64,000 nucleotides of DNA from assembly GCA_963737635.1 (NCBI GenBank), contig CAVTTL010000001.1, forward strand, positions 608,001 to 672,000, read 5' to 3'. The position numbers were made by a program, and so were the translations under genes. Positions 42,364 through 51,577 of this stretch are shown here, in pieces. The notes under the pieces were generated by a model. It did not search any database. It was not told where the DNA came from and was given only the letters and a program-made list of their open reading frames with translations. This DNA comes from an uncultured Methanoregulaceae archaeon. GTDB lineage: Archaea; Halobacteriota; Methanomicrobia; Methanomicrobiales; Methanospirillaceae. How positions within the stretch are numbered: the first letter of the stretch is position 1; the number at the start of each line of letters is the position of its first letter.

Positions 42364-44598
42364 ATGCAGAAAAAGGGTAGAATTTCAGTTCGCGGCATCG
42401 TTCAGGGTGTCGGGTTCCGCCCTTTTGTTTATGCCCGGGCCTGCGAGTTCGGGATTTCAGGTTGGATACAGAATCTCGGGAGCGAGGTGGAGATCTACGC
42501 GCGTGGCGAACGGTTCGCCGATTTTCTTGCGGCAGTCTCCCGGGGCCCGCCAATGGCCCTGATAGATTCTATTGATGTGACCGAGACCACCTCCGACATT
42601 CCCGATGGTTTTTTCATCAAAGGTAGCGGGACCGGTTCTTTTTCCGGCATGATTCCCCCGGATATTGCGATCTGCGACGACTGTATCGCTGATATTTTCA
42701 CTTCCAGAGGGAGGTATGAGGGCTATTGGGCGACCTCCTGCGTGAACTGCGGGCCCCGGTACAGTATCATAGAAGCGATCCCTTACGACAGGGAGCGAAC
42801 GTCTATGGGCGAGTTTCCGATGTGTCCGGCCTGCGCTGGTGAGTACGCCGATCCTCGTTCCCGCCGCCACCATGCGCAAACGATCGCCTGTCAGACCTGC
42901 GGTCCCGGGCTTCGGCTCATGGACCGCACCGGGACCGATGTTCCGTGCGTCGATCCGGTCCGGGAGGCTGCAACACTGCTTGATGCAGGAAAGATCCTTG
43001 CAATACGAGGGATCGGAGGGTTCCATCTTGCCTGCATCGAGAAGTCTTCGGGCGAGCTTAAATCCCGCCTCGGCAGGGTCGAACAGCCTTTCGCAGTGAT
43101 GGTGCGACCGGGGTATATTGGCGAGATCGCGCATATATCACCGGAAGAGCGGCAACTGCTCGAAAGCCCCGTTCACCCGATCGTTGTGCTCGAAAAATGG
43201 GATCATTCGTCGTATGCCACTATCAGCAACCTCCATACTATCGGATGCATGCTGCCCTATACCGGGCTCCACCACCTGCTCTTCTCGTACTTACGCCATC
43301 CACTGCTTATCATGACAAGTGCGAACATGCCGGGTTATCCGATGATCACCGATATCGGCGAGGCTCTTGTAAAACTCGCAAAAGACGCGGATTATTTCCT
43401 TGTCCACAACCGCACCATACAAAACCGGGTCGACGACTCGGTTATCCGCGATGGTTACATCCTTCGCCTTTCCCGGGGAATTGCTCCGAAACGAACGGCA
43501 ATCGATCTTGGTTCGCGCTGCATTCTCGGTGTGGGCCCGGAGCTCAATGCAAACGCTACCATCTACAAAGCCGGCTTTGCCGTCACTTCCCCCCACGTAG
43601 GAAACGTCCGGAACCCGGCAACACTTGCTTACCTGAAGGAGACCGTTTCGAAACTCCAGCGATTGCTGGGTGCAAAATTCGACGTTGTCGCGCATGATCT
43701 TCACCCCCAGTTTCTCTCCACCCGGTTTGCTAAAGAGATTGCAGAAGAGCGGGGGATCGGGCTCGTACCGGTCCAGCATCACCGGGCACACATAGCAGCG
43801 ACAACGACCGAACCCTGCATCGGGATTGCGATCGACGGAGTGGGATACGGGGACGATGGTACGGTCTGGGGAGGTGAGGTGTTCTCCGGCCAGGTCCCGG
43901 ACCTTGCCCGGGTCGCCCATCTCGAACCGGTGGCGATGCCGGGCGGCGATCTTGCCACCCGATTCCCGGAGCGAATGCTGTACGGCATCCTTCCGGAAGA
44001 GGAATGCCTCGATCTCCTCCGGAATCGCGGCTGGTCCGGTATCGAACTTGGCGTACTCAAGAAACAGGTCGCAACCGGGTTCAACGTCACTATGACAAGC
44101 AGCACCGGCCGGGTGCTCGATGCCGCAAGCGCCCTTCTCGGGATATGCCGGGAGCGTACCTACGATGGGGAACCAGCAATGAAACTCGAATCAGCCGCGG
44201 CAGGCGGCAAAACAGAGACGTGGGAGCTGGTCTTTTCCCATACCGACGGATGCGAGGTCCTCTCCACCCGGGCACTCCTTAAAACAGCCCTTACCCGGCT
44301 GTCCCATTCACCTCATGATGACGGGATCACCATTCGGGACGTTGCGGCATCGATCCAGTATAACCTCGCCCGGGGAGTCGCCGCACTCGCCATCCATGCG
44401 GCGGAACGGGACGGTGTGACTCTCGTGGCCCTGAGCGGTGGCGTTGTCGCGAACCGGGCCATTCGTGAGACGATCCAAGCGGAAATTACCAGTGCCGGCC
44501 TTTCTCTTCTCATAAACAAAGCCTATCCGCCGGGCGATGGGTGTGTCTCTTTTGGCCAGTGCATCTGGGCGGGAAAACTCATTAAACCACAGAAATAA
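42364..44598 (+). CDS. hypF: Hydrogenase maturation carbamoyltransferase
   Basis: GIVQGVGFRPFV, CxxC zinc fingers, GIGGFHL, HDLHP, QHHRAH, PGDGCVSFGQ. Confidence 0.97.
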   Translation: MQKKGRISVRGIVQGVGFRPFVYARACEFGISGWIQNLGSEVEIYARGERFADFLAAVSRGPPMALIDSIDVTETTSDIPDGFFIKGSGTGSFSGMIPPDIAICDDCIADIFTSRGRYEGYWATSCVNCGPRYSIIEAIPYDRERTSMGEFPMCPACAGEYADPRSRRHHAQTIACQTCGPGLRLMDRTGTDVPCVDPVREAATLLDAGKILAIRGIGGFHLACIEKSSGELKSRLGRVEQPFAVMVRPGYIGEIAHISPEERQLLESPVHPIVVLEKWDHSSYATISNLHTIGCMLPYTGLHHLLFSYLRHPLLIMTSANMPGYPMITDIGEALVKLAKDADYFLVHNRTIQNRVDDSVIRDGYILRLSRGIAPKRTAIDLGSRCILGVGPELNANATIYKAGFAVTSPHVGNVRNPATLAYLKETVSKLQRLLGAKFDVVAHDLHPQFLSTRFAKEIAEERGIGLVPVQHHRAHIAATTTEPCIGIAIDGVGYGDDGTVWGGEVFSGQVPDLARVAHLEPVAMPGGDLATRFPERMLYGILPEEECLDLLRNRGWSGIELGVLKKQVATGFNVTMTSSTGRVLDAASALLGICRERTYDGEPAMKLESAAAGGKTETWELVFSHTDGCEVLSTRALLKTALTRLSHSPHDDGITIRDVAASIQYNLARGVAALAIHAAERDGVTLVALSGGVVANRAIRETIQAEITSAGLSLLINKAYPPGDGCVSFGQCIWAGKLIKPQK

Positions 44599-44670
44599 AC
44601 AGCCGCCGACAAAATCCCAAAAAAACAAGCATTTTATCTTGGCGAAAGTACAAAGCTGAAATCAGCTGAT

Positions 44671-45081
44671 ATGTATCCGCAGAACATCGTTCAGGAACAG
44701 GAAAAGAGGATCAAGAGCCTGGAAAAGGAGCTTACCGAGCTCCGGGAGGGGCTCGCTTCTGTGCATGACTATTTCCTCCAGATAAAAGCTCAGGCTGACG
44801 AACAGAGCATCAGCGCGGAGCTCAACTTCGGGATTATCAGCCCCCTCAAAGATGAGGACGCGGAGTTCGAAGGAATATGGGATTTCCACCAGAAGATGCT
44901 CGTGAGCGATCCGTCTGGTTCCATCCCGCTCGATGTCATGTATGAAACCTATGCCCAGTTCTGCAGGATGACCGGGACAAAGCCGGTGGACAAGGATGCA
45001 TTCGAATATCTCCTCCCGCAAATGGACGACCCGCACCCGTTGATCTTCCGGGGAGACTGGCAGGGATGCAGGTTCCGGTAA
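44671..45081 (+). CDS. Hypothetical protein: coiled coil plus winged-helix-like C-terminus
   Basis: EQEKRIKSLEKELTELRE; MYETYAQFCRMTGTKPVDKDAF...WQGCRFR. Confidence 0.7.
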   Translation: MYPQNIVQEQEKRIKSLEKELTELREGLASVHDYFLQIKAQADEQSISAELNFGIISPLKDEDAEFEGIWDFHQKMLVSDPSGSIPLDVMYETYAQFCRMTGTKPVDKDAFEYLLPQMDDPHPLIFRGDWQGCRFR

Positions 45082-45085
45082 CTCG

Positions 45086-46171
45086 TTGGCCGTGCCGGGC
45101 TGGCATGAAGACATGACGCATGTCCGCATCACGGCCGATTCTGGCATTCCCCTTGTTGGCTCCCTCTATTTTGGCATTATTGACCGGGGCACAAGCCTCC
45201 TGCAGGTACGTCCGAGCTGTGGCTGCAACTTAAACTGCCCCTTCTGCTCGGTCGACGCCGGGCCGTGCTCGGTAACCCGTGCCACCAGTTACGAAGTCGA
45301 GCTGGAGTACCTTCTCTCGGCTGTTGAAGAGATCGCACCCTTCAAAGGTCCCGGCGTCGAATGCCACATCGATTCTCCGGGCGAACCACTCATGTACTCC
45401 CGGCTCCCTGAACTGGTCGCGGCGCTTAAGGCACTCGATTCCGTCGCTGTTGTTTCGCTCCAGACAAACGGTACCCTTCTGAGCTGAGAGGCACTCGATT
45501 CCGTCGCTGTTGTTTCGCTCCAGACAAACGGTACCCTTCTGAGCGATGCAATGATAGAAGCGCTTGCCCGGGCAGGTCTCGACCGGGTCAACCTCTCTCT
45601 CCATGCACTCGATCCAACGCTTGCCCGCACATTGGCCGGTGTGGACTGGTACGATATCGATAGGGTCTGCAGCGCAGCACAGGCTGTCGCAAAAAGTTCC
45701 ATGGATCTTCTTATTGCCCCGGTGTATATGCCGGGCATCAACGACGCCGAGATCCCGAAGCTGATCGATTTTGCCCGGGAATGCGGTGCTGGAAAACGGT
45801 TCCCGCCGCTCGGCATCCAGAAGTTCGAGCGGTACAGGTACGGCCGTACACCAAAAGGGGTCAAAGTCCAGAGCTGGTGGCAGTTTTTCAACCGGAGCAT
45901 CAAAGAGTGGGAAAAAACGTCAGGTCTTCCCCTCCGTCTCAACCCTGAAAGGGACTTTGGAACGGTCCGGCGTCCCTCGCTCCCGCAGGTGTTTAAAAAG
46001 GGCGAGAAGGCAACAGTCGAGATCATGGCCCCGGGCTGGATCCATGGCGAACAGTTGGGCATCGCACGAAACCGGGTGGTCTCGGTGTTTGGCTGTGACA
46101 AAACGTCAGGTCAGGTACGGGTCAGGATCGTAGCGACGAAGAACAACATCTACGTCGGCGTACCTATCTAG
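45086..46171 (+). CDS. Radical SAM + TRAM-like protein, interrupted as sequenced by a 60-bp duplication containing TGA
   Basis: GIIDRGT, CNLNCPFC, GEP, QTNG; same frame resumes at 45488; C-terminal beta-rich domain. Confidence 0.85.
45429..45544 (+). repeat. Perfect 56-bp tandem direct repeat with 4-nt junction (period 60)
   Basis: 45429-45484 is identical to 45489-45544, separated by TGAG. Confidence 0.97.
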
Positions 46172-46225
46172 GTGGGCGGACAGCGAAAACTGAGTGTAAA
46201 TAAGAAAACGACTGAAAAACAACAC

Positions 46226-46250
46226 GGGAAAAGAAGAAAGGAAAAAAAGA
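46226..46250 (-). terminator. Oligo-T terminator after rpl12
   Basis: TCTTTTTTTCCTTTCTTCTTTTCCC immediately after the stop on the minus strand. Confidence 0.55.
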
Positions 46251-46251
46251 T

Positions 46252-46563
46252 TTAGCCGAACAGGGCACCGAGCCCTGCCATGCCGCTCTCTTCTTCTGCT
46301 TTCTTATCCTCTTCCTTGTGCTCTTCCTTGGCGGGTGCCGCGGCTGCGTGGCCTGCTGCGGGCGCTGCGGCGGCAACTGCGACCGGTGCTGCTGCCTTGC
46401 TGATCGCCTCTTCAATGTTCACGCCGTCGAGGGCTGCAATGAGCGCCTTGATCCGTGACTCGTCTGCTGCTACACCTGCGGCGGTAAGGACTGCCTTGAC
46501 GCCGTTCTCGTCGATCTTCTTGCCTGCTTTGTGCAGGAGAAGTGCTGCATAGATATACTCCAT
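46252..46563 (-). CDS. rpl12: 50S ribosomal protein P1/L12
   Basis: [11 protein letters not shown], Ala-rich hinge, GLGALFG. Confidence 0.97.
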   Translation of the reverse strand: MEYIYAALLLHKAGKKIDENGVKAVLTAAGVAADESRIKALIAALDGVNIEEAISKAAAPVAVAAAAPAAGHAAAAPAKEEHKEEDKKAEEESGMAGLGALFG

Positions 46564-46589
46564 CTTAAATTCACCTCAAATACTCTCTT

Positions 46590-47438
46590 TTATTTAACCA
46601 GGGTCTTCAACACCTGGCTCTCTCTCTGGGCTTTACCAATAATCGCATCGATAACGTCTTTCTCGTAGACAGACGCCTCGATCGCAAGGCTGCGTGCTTC
46701 CCTGACCGCCTTAGTCAGGATCGGTGCCATGGTCTCCTTATTCGGGATTGCTGCATTCACCGACAGGTTGAACGCCTGCTGGCCGGCAAGCTGGAGCTGG
46801 GCAAGGAACTTTGTCTCATCCACAGCGAGCACGGACGGCTCGTAAAGATTGCCATCGTGGAAGGCTGCCTGAAGGGCAAGTCCCACGTCCATTGGCTTGA
46901 TATCGAGCTTGATGAGCACGTCCGCAAGCTTCGCGGAGATGACCGCGCCTTTCTTGACGACCGTCTTGGTCTCGCGGATCTTGACTTTGCCGCCTTCAAT
47001 CGCTGCGGGAATGCCGGCCTGCTGGAGTTCGCCGACAATCGGACCCGGCTTGAAGCTCGTGGGCCCCTTCTCGATAACGATGTCTTCAGGGGCGGTCTCG
47101 CCAGGCTTTGCAGCCATCTTGGTCTTGGTCTTCTCGAGCTGCTTGTAGAGCTTGAACGGATTGTCGTTGGAGAAGATCACTGCGGAATGGCCGGAGATGA
47201 ACTTCGTAAGTCCTTTTGCGTCCCCGCCAATCTCGCTGAGCGCGTGCTCAATCAAGGTGTTCCTCGTTACCTTGATGACTGCCTTGCCCCTAAGGTTCCT
47301 GCGGATCTGCTGCACCTGCTGAGCGGGGATACCATACATGTCTACAAGCCCGATCAGGGGGTATTCCTTTGCATGCTTCTTGATCTCCGCAACCTCGTCC
47401 TTTTTCCATGCGGGCAGGTGATGGGTATAGAGTGCCAT
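46590..47438 (-). CDS. rpl10: 50S ribosomal protein L10 (P0)
   Basis: PAWKKDEV, QQIRRNLRG, GPTSFKPGP. Confidence 0.96.
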   Translation of the reverse strand: MALYTHHLPAWKKDEVAEIKKHAKEYPLIGLVDMYGIPAQQVQQIRRNLRGKAVIKVTRNTLIEHALSEIGGDAKGLTKFISGHSAVIFSNDNPFKLYKQLEKTKTKMAAKPGETAPEDIVIEKGPTSFKPGPIVGELQQAGIPAAIEGGKVKIRETKTVVKKGAVISAKLADVLIKLDIKPMDVGLALQAAFHDGNLYEPSVLAVDETKFLAQLQLAGQQAFNLSVNAAIPNKETMAPILTKAVREARSLAIEASVYEKDVIDAIIGKAQRESQVLKTLVK

Positions 47439-48082
47439 TATACCAGCCTCACGGACGGACCCATGGTAGTCTTGACGTAGATCGAGCGGACGTTCAGGTG
47501 ACCCTGCTCGAGGACAGATTCGATACGTTTAACAACCGCGTCGATGTTCTCGGAGACCTGCTCCGGTGTCATTGCCGTTGATCCTACTTTTGTGGAAAAG
47601 ACCGTCTTGTCTTTGGTACGGATCTTAACCGAGTTTCTCAGGCGTTCGACAATCGGACGGATATCAGTCTGCCCGGGGATCGGCATCGGCATTCTGCCCC
47701 GCGGACCAAGCCGGGGACCTAAGAAACGACCGACCTGCGGCATGACCCCGGTCTCGGCAAGGAAGTACTTGTAGGTACTTGCAACCCTGCGTGCCTCGCG
47801 AGGTGCACCTCCAAGTCGTTCTACCTCTTCAGGACCGATAATCAGATCAACCTTGGCATCCTTTGCCTGCGTGACGATGTCCCCTTTCCCGATGACACAG
47901 ATACCGGTCTTTTCCCCGGTCCCGTTCGGGAGAAGAATCGTCTCGTCGATACGATTTTTCGGCTGCGCCATATCGATATTCTTGAGATTGATGGTAATAT
48001 CGATGCTTTCGGAGAATTTCCGCTTTGGCGCCTTTTCAATAGCCGTTTTTACAGCTTCCAGAATTTTGGCCCTTTCAACCAT
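47438..48082 (-). CDS. rpl1: 50S ribosomal protein L1
   Basis: RKFSESIDI, LGPRGRMP, YVKTTMGP. Confidence 0.97.
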   Translation of the reverse strand: MVERAKILEAVKTAIEKAPKRKFSESIDITINLKNIDMAQPKNRIDETILLPNGTGEKTGICVIGKGDIVTQAKDAKVDLIIGPEEVERLGGAPREARRVASTYKYFLAETGVMPQVGRFLGPRLGPRGRMPMPIPGQTDIRPIVERLRNSVKIRTKDKTVFSTKVGSTAMTPEQVSENIDAVVKRIESVLEQGHLNVRSIYVKTTMGPSVRLV

Positions 48083-48091
48083 CAGATTCCT

Positions 48092-48127
48092 CCATAGTCT
48101 GCGACCGAACCCTTCGATCTCCTATGG
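48092..48127 (-). promoter_or_regulatory. Putative L1-binding mRNA element upstream of rpl1
   Basis: CCAUAG-GAG-AUCGAA-GGG-UUCGGU-CGCAGA-CUAUGG: two stems around an asymmetric purine-rich loop, overlapping the GGAGG RBS. Confidence 0.65.
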
Positions 48128-48139
48128 TTTTCTCCTGAT

Positions 48140-48616
48140 TTATTTCACAAGGACACTGTCATATTTGCCAGCAGCGATGTCAGCGAGCACTTCCTTGGGG
48201 CGCTTGCCGTCAACGTTGACTCCCATGCTAACGCACGTGCCCACGACCTCTTTTACCGCGGTCTTGAGCTCGTAAGAGAGCATGCCTTCGAGTTTCATGT
48301 TGGCAATCCTGACAGCGGCCTCGAATGACAGGTTTCCTGCCACTTTGGCGTTGGGCTCTGCGGAACCTTTCTCGATATTGGCCTCTTTTTTTATGAGTGC
48401 CGTCGTCGGTGGAATACCCACCGTGACCGTGAACTTTTTCTTGTCGTCAACTTCGACCTTGACCGGAACCTGCATTCCGTTGAAGGACGCAGTCTTCTGG
48501 TTGATCTCATCGACAACAGCTTTCACGTTGATACCGAGTGGTCCGAGCGCCGGTCCTAATGGCGGACCTGCGGTTGCCTTCCCGCCGGGTACTAAAACCT
48601 CGACCACTTCTGCCAT
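48140..48616 (-). CDS. rpl11: 50S ribosomal protein L11
   Basis: [24 protein letters not shown]. Confidence 0.97.
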   Translation of the reverse strand: MAEVVEVLVPGGKATAGPPLGPALGPLGINVKAVVDEINQKTASFNGMQVPVKVEVDDKKKFTVTVGIPPTTALIKKEANIEKGSAEPNAKVAGNLSFEAAVRIANMKLEGMLSYELKTAVKEVVGTCVSMGVNVDGKRPKEVLADIAAGKYDSVLVK

Positions 48617-48882
48617 AGTTTTGCACCATGCCGTCCCGTAGATATACGGGCACTCAGCTTGGGTCTGTTAAATTTGACGTAAGAGGACATAAAGGTGATC
48701 GTAAAAGAGATTTTCTCGGCGTTATGGAGAGATCACTCCTTGTGATCGTGCGTAACCCTCCCTGCTCATCGCGCGGTTGAATATCCCCCGGTAAGCCTCC
48801 CGGAACACCGGGTTGACCACCAGTGAAGCCGGGTGTATGCCGGGGACAAACAGATACCCTCATATGATTTCGCTCGGTAACG

Positions 48883-49818
48883 ATGTATAGGAAACCTTAC
48901 ATGGACATTATTGAAGCAGATAATCTCAGCAAATCATTTGGATCTTTTAAGGCTGTTCATGATGTCAGTATTGATGTAAAAGAGGGGGAGATCTTTGGTT
49001 TTCTCGGGCCCAACGGTGCCGGGAAGACCACCACCATCCGGATGCTGACCGGGGTGCTGACACCGGATGCCGGCTCTGCCCGTATCTGCGGGATCGATAT
49101 TGGCAAACACCCGCTCGAAGCCAAACTGAAGATGGGGATCATCCCCGAGAACGGCACGGTTTACAGTGACCTGACTGCCGAACAGAATATTCTCTGGACG
49201 GCGAAATTCTACGGTCTGGACAGCGTCACCCGCAAAAAACGGGCCGATGAAATCCTCGCCCGGCTGGGACTGTCGGAACGCAAGGACGACATCGTCCGCA
49301 CCTTCTCAAAAGGGATGCGGCAGCGGATCAGCATCGCCTGTGCCATCGTCCCCTCGCCACCGGTCTTATTTCTGGACGAGCCCACAGGAGGGCTGGACGT
49401 GTTCAGCCGCCGGCTTGTGCTTGACACGATCCGCAGGATGAACGACGAGGGCAGTACGATCTTTCTTACCACGCACAACATCGAGGAGGCAAATGAGCTC
49501 TGCACGGTCATCAGCGTCATCAACAAAGGCAGGATCGTGGCAACGGGCAGCCCGGAGAGACTCAAAAAAACCTTCGATACCGCAAAATATGTGGAGATCG
49601 CGTTCGAGCAGCCGGTGAAAAAAGAGTGGCTGGAAGCGAGCGGAGTCTTCCGCGTAGAGAATCACGGCGACAAGTGGAGACTGTACACGGATGACCCGGA
49701 CCCTGCCGTCAAATACCTTGCCGCCCTTGCGGAACGGGAACATCTGAAAATAATCTCGGTTGCAACATCGAGCCCGACGCTCGAAGAAGCATTCGTCCAG
49801 CTCACGGAAGGTGCATGA
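48883..49818 (+). CDS. ABC-2 exporter ATP-binding subunit
   Basis: GPNGAGKTT, FSKGMRQR, LFLDEP, TTH. Confidence 0.93.
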   Translation: MYRKPYMDIIEADNLSKSFGSFKAVHDVSIDVKEGEIFGFLGPNGAGKTTTIRMLTGVLTPDAGSARICGIDIGKHPLEAKLKMGIIPENGTVYSDLTAEQNILWTAKFYGLDSVTRKKRADEILARLGLSERKDDIVRTFSKGMRQRISIACAIVPSPPVLFLDEPTGGLDVFSRRLVLDTIRRMNDEGSTIFLTTHNIEEANELCTVISVINKGRIVATGSPERLKKTFDTAKYVEIAFEQPVKKEWLEASGVFRVENHGDKWRLYTDDPDPAVKYLAALAEREHLKIISVATSSPTLEEAFVQLTEGA

Positions 49819-50561
49819 TGGACCCCCGGCTTTTTGCCCGGAGCGTCCTTTTGGTCGCCGAGAAGAACATGCGGATTTACTACTACAAGGGGGCGGTCGT
49901 GATCTTCGGTCTCCTGTTTCCTTTCCTGATGTTCCTGACCTTTTTTATCGGACGGAACCTCAATCTCGTCCTCTTCTTCCCGGCATTCCTTGGCATGATG
50001 CTGTTCTTCTCTTCCTCTTCCACCGGGCCGCTTATCACGCCGTGGGAGAAACGGGAAAAGACATACGAGCGCCTCCTGTCCCTGCCAGTAACGCTGGAAA
50101 GCATCATTCTTGGTGACATCCTTGCAGGGGCGCTCTTCGGGATCGTCATCACTACGATCGTCTGGAGTGCAGGAACGTTTCTTCTCCACCTGCCCCTCGC
50201 CCACCCCCTGCTCCTGGCGGTCACATTAATCCTAGGGGGATTTACCTTTGCAGCTCTCGGGACCCTTCTCTCGTCCCCTGCCATGAGCAATCCTTCCAAC
50301 GTAATGATGGTCTCCAACCTGATCCGCCTGCCCCTGATCTTTGTCTCGGGGATCTTCATTCCGCTGAGTCAGCTCGGGAGCTGGGCATGGACAAACGAAA
50401 TGTCACCGCTCACCTACCTTGTCGACCTGTTCAACGGGGCGATCACCAACAATGGGGTCTACCCTCCGCTCGCCGACACGGTTATCCTTGGTATGGTTAT
50501 TGTGGTGTTTGTTGCGGCTGCAAAACTGATCCAGCAGTATAACCTTTCAAAAGGGATCTAG
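49815..50561 (+). CDS. ABC-2 exporter permease
   Basis: About 6 TM; EREKTYERLLSLP, FVSGIFIP, SPLTY. Confidence 0.9.
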   Translation: MMDPRLFARSVLLVAEKNMRIYYYKGAVVIFGLLFPFLMFLTFFIGRNLNLVLFFPAFLGMMLFFSSSSTGPLITPWEKREKTYERLLSLPVTLESIILGDILAGALFGIVITTIVWSAGTFLLHLPLAHPLLLAVTLILGGFTFAALGTLLSSPAMSNPSNVMMVSNLIRLPLIFVSGIFIPLSQLGSWAWTNEMSPLTYLVDLFNGAITNNGVYPPLADTVILGMVIVVFVAAAKLIQQYNLSKGI

Positions 50562-50757
50562 GAGAGGAGGCCCGTAAGAATATCCGGGTTAAACCCCGGT
50601 GTATCCCGGGGCGCATACCCGCTTACCGGTATCGGAGCCAGGTAAAGGGATTTTAGATGCGCTGATCTGGTGCAAAAGGTAGCATCTAAAGCTCTATTAG
50701 TTTCTTGTGAACATACCCGGGTATCTTCCTCAGGAATAAGGAGGATGTGAGAACGCT

Positions 50758-51495
50758 ATGACCGTACAATTCGAGCAGTTGCGGGGAAAAACCGCGATTG
50801 TCACCGGTGCCTCTTCAGGTATCGGACTTGCAACCGCCCGCCTCCTTGCAGAAAACGGCGTCAGGGTAGGGCTTGTCTCGCGATCGAAAGAAACGCTTGA
50901 AAAGATAGCAGGTACACTGCCTGGTTCCCGACCCAGTCCAGCCGATATGACCAGGATCCCGCAGATCAAAAAGATGGTCAGCCTGGCAGCGAAGTATTTT
51001 GGCAGGATCGATATCCTGATAAATAATGCAGGGCAGGGATACGATGCGCCGGTTGAGAAGACCGGGATCCAGACATTCCGGTATATTTATGACCTGAATG
51101 TAATTGGCCCGGTGGTCGCCATGCAACAGGTAATCCCGATCATGCGGACGCAGGGTGGAGGATCTATCATCAATATCAGCTCCGGCACTGCACTGATGCA
51201 CCTGCCGGGCATGAGCCCCTATTCATCGTCAAAGCGGGCCCTTGCTGGAATCAGCCTCGCCGCCCGGCAGGAGCTGCAGGCCGACCATATCGCCGTCAGC
51301 GTCGTCTATCCCTATATTACCCTTACCAATTTCGAGAAAAACACCATCCGCGCAGTCCCGGTTTCTGGCGACGACTACGAACCGACCGGCCCGTACCCTC
51401 CGGATTCTGCAGATTTTGTTGCCGTAAAGATTGTCGAGGGTATCGTGAGCGGCGAAGCGGAGATCTTTTCCCACGACTGGATGAAACCGTCATGA
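50758..51495 (+). CDS. Short-chain dehydrogenase/reductase
   Basis: TGASSGIG, NNAG, NISS, YSSSK. Confidence 0.92.
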   Translation: MTVQFEQLRGKTAIVTGASSGIGLATARLLAENGVRVGLVSRSKETLEKIAGTLPGSRPSPADMTRIPQIKKMVSLAAKYFGRIDILINNAGQGYDAPVEKTGIQTFRYIYDLNVIGPVVAMQQVIPIMRTQGGGSIINISSGTALMHLPGMSPYSSSKRALAGISLAARQELQADHIAVSVVYPYITLTNFEKNTIRAVPVSGDDYEPTGPYPPDSADFVAVKIVEGIVSGEAEIFSHDWMKPS

Positions 51496-51577
51496 ATGGG
51501 AATTAATGCAGTACAAACCGACTCTTCAGAGGAGCCTGTTTCCCCATTCGTTTTTTACTCCGGAAACACCCTGATAA

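Noticed and set aside
45485-45487. In-frame TGA read as selenocysteine
   Set aside because: It lies at the junction of a duplication rather than at a Cys position, and Sec use is not known in this lineage
45429-45544. CRISPR-like repeat
   Set aside because: Only two 56-bp copies of coding sequence with a 4-nt gap; no spacers or cas genes
48829-50612. Similar GGTGTAT-x-CCGGGG strings flanking the ABC exporter taken as attachment sites
   Set aside because: Short, GC-rich and imperfect; compatible with chance
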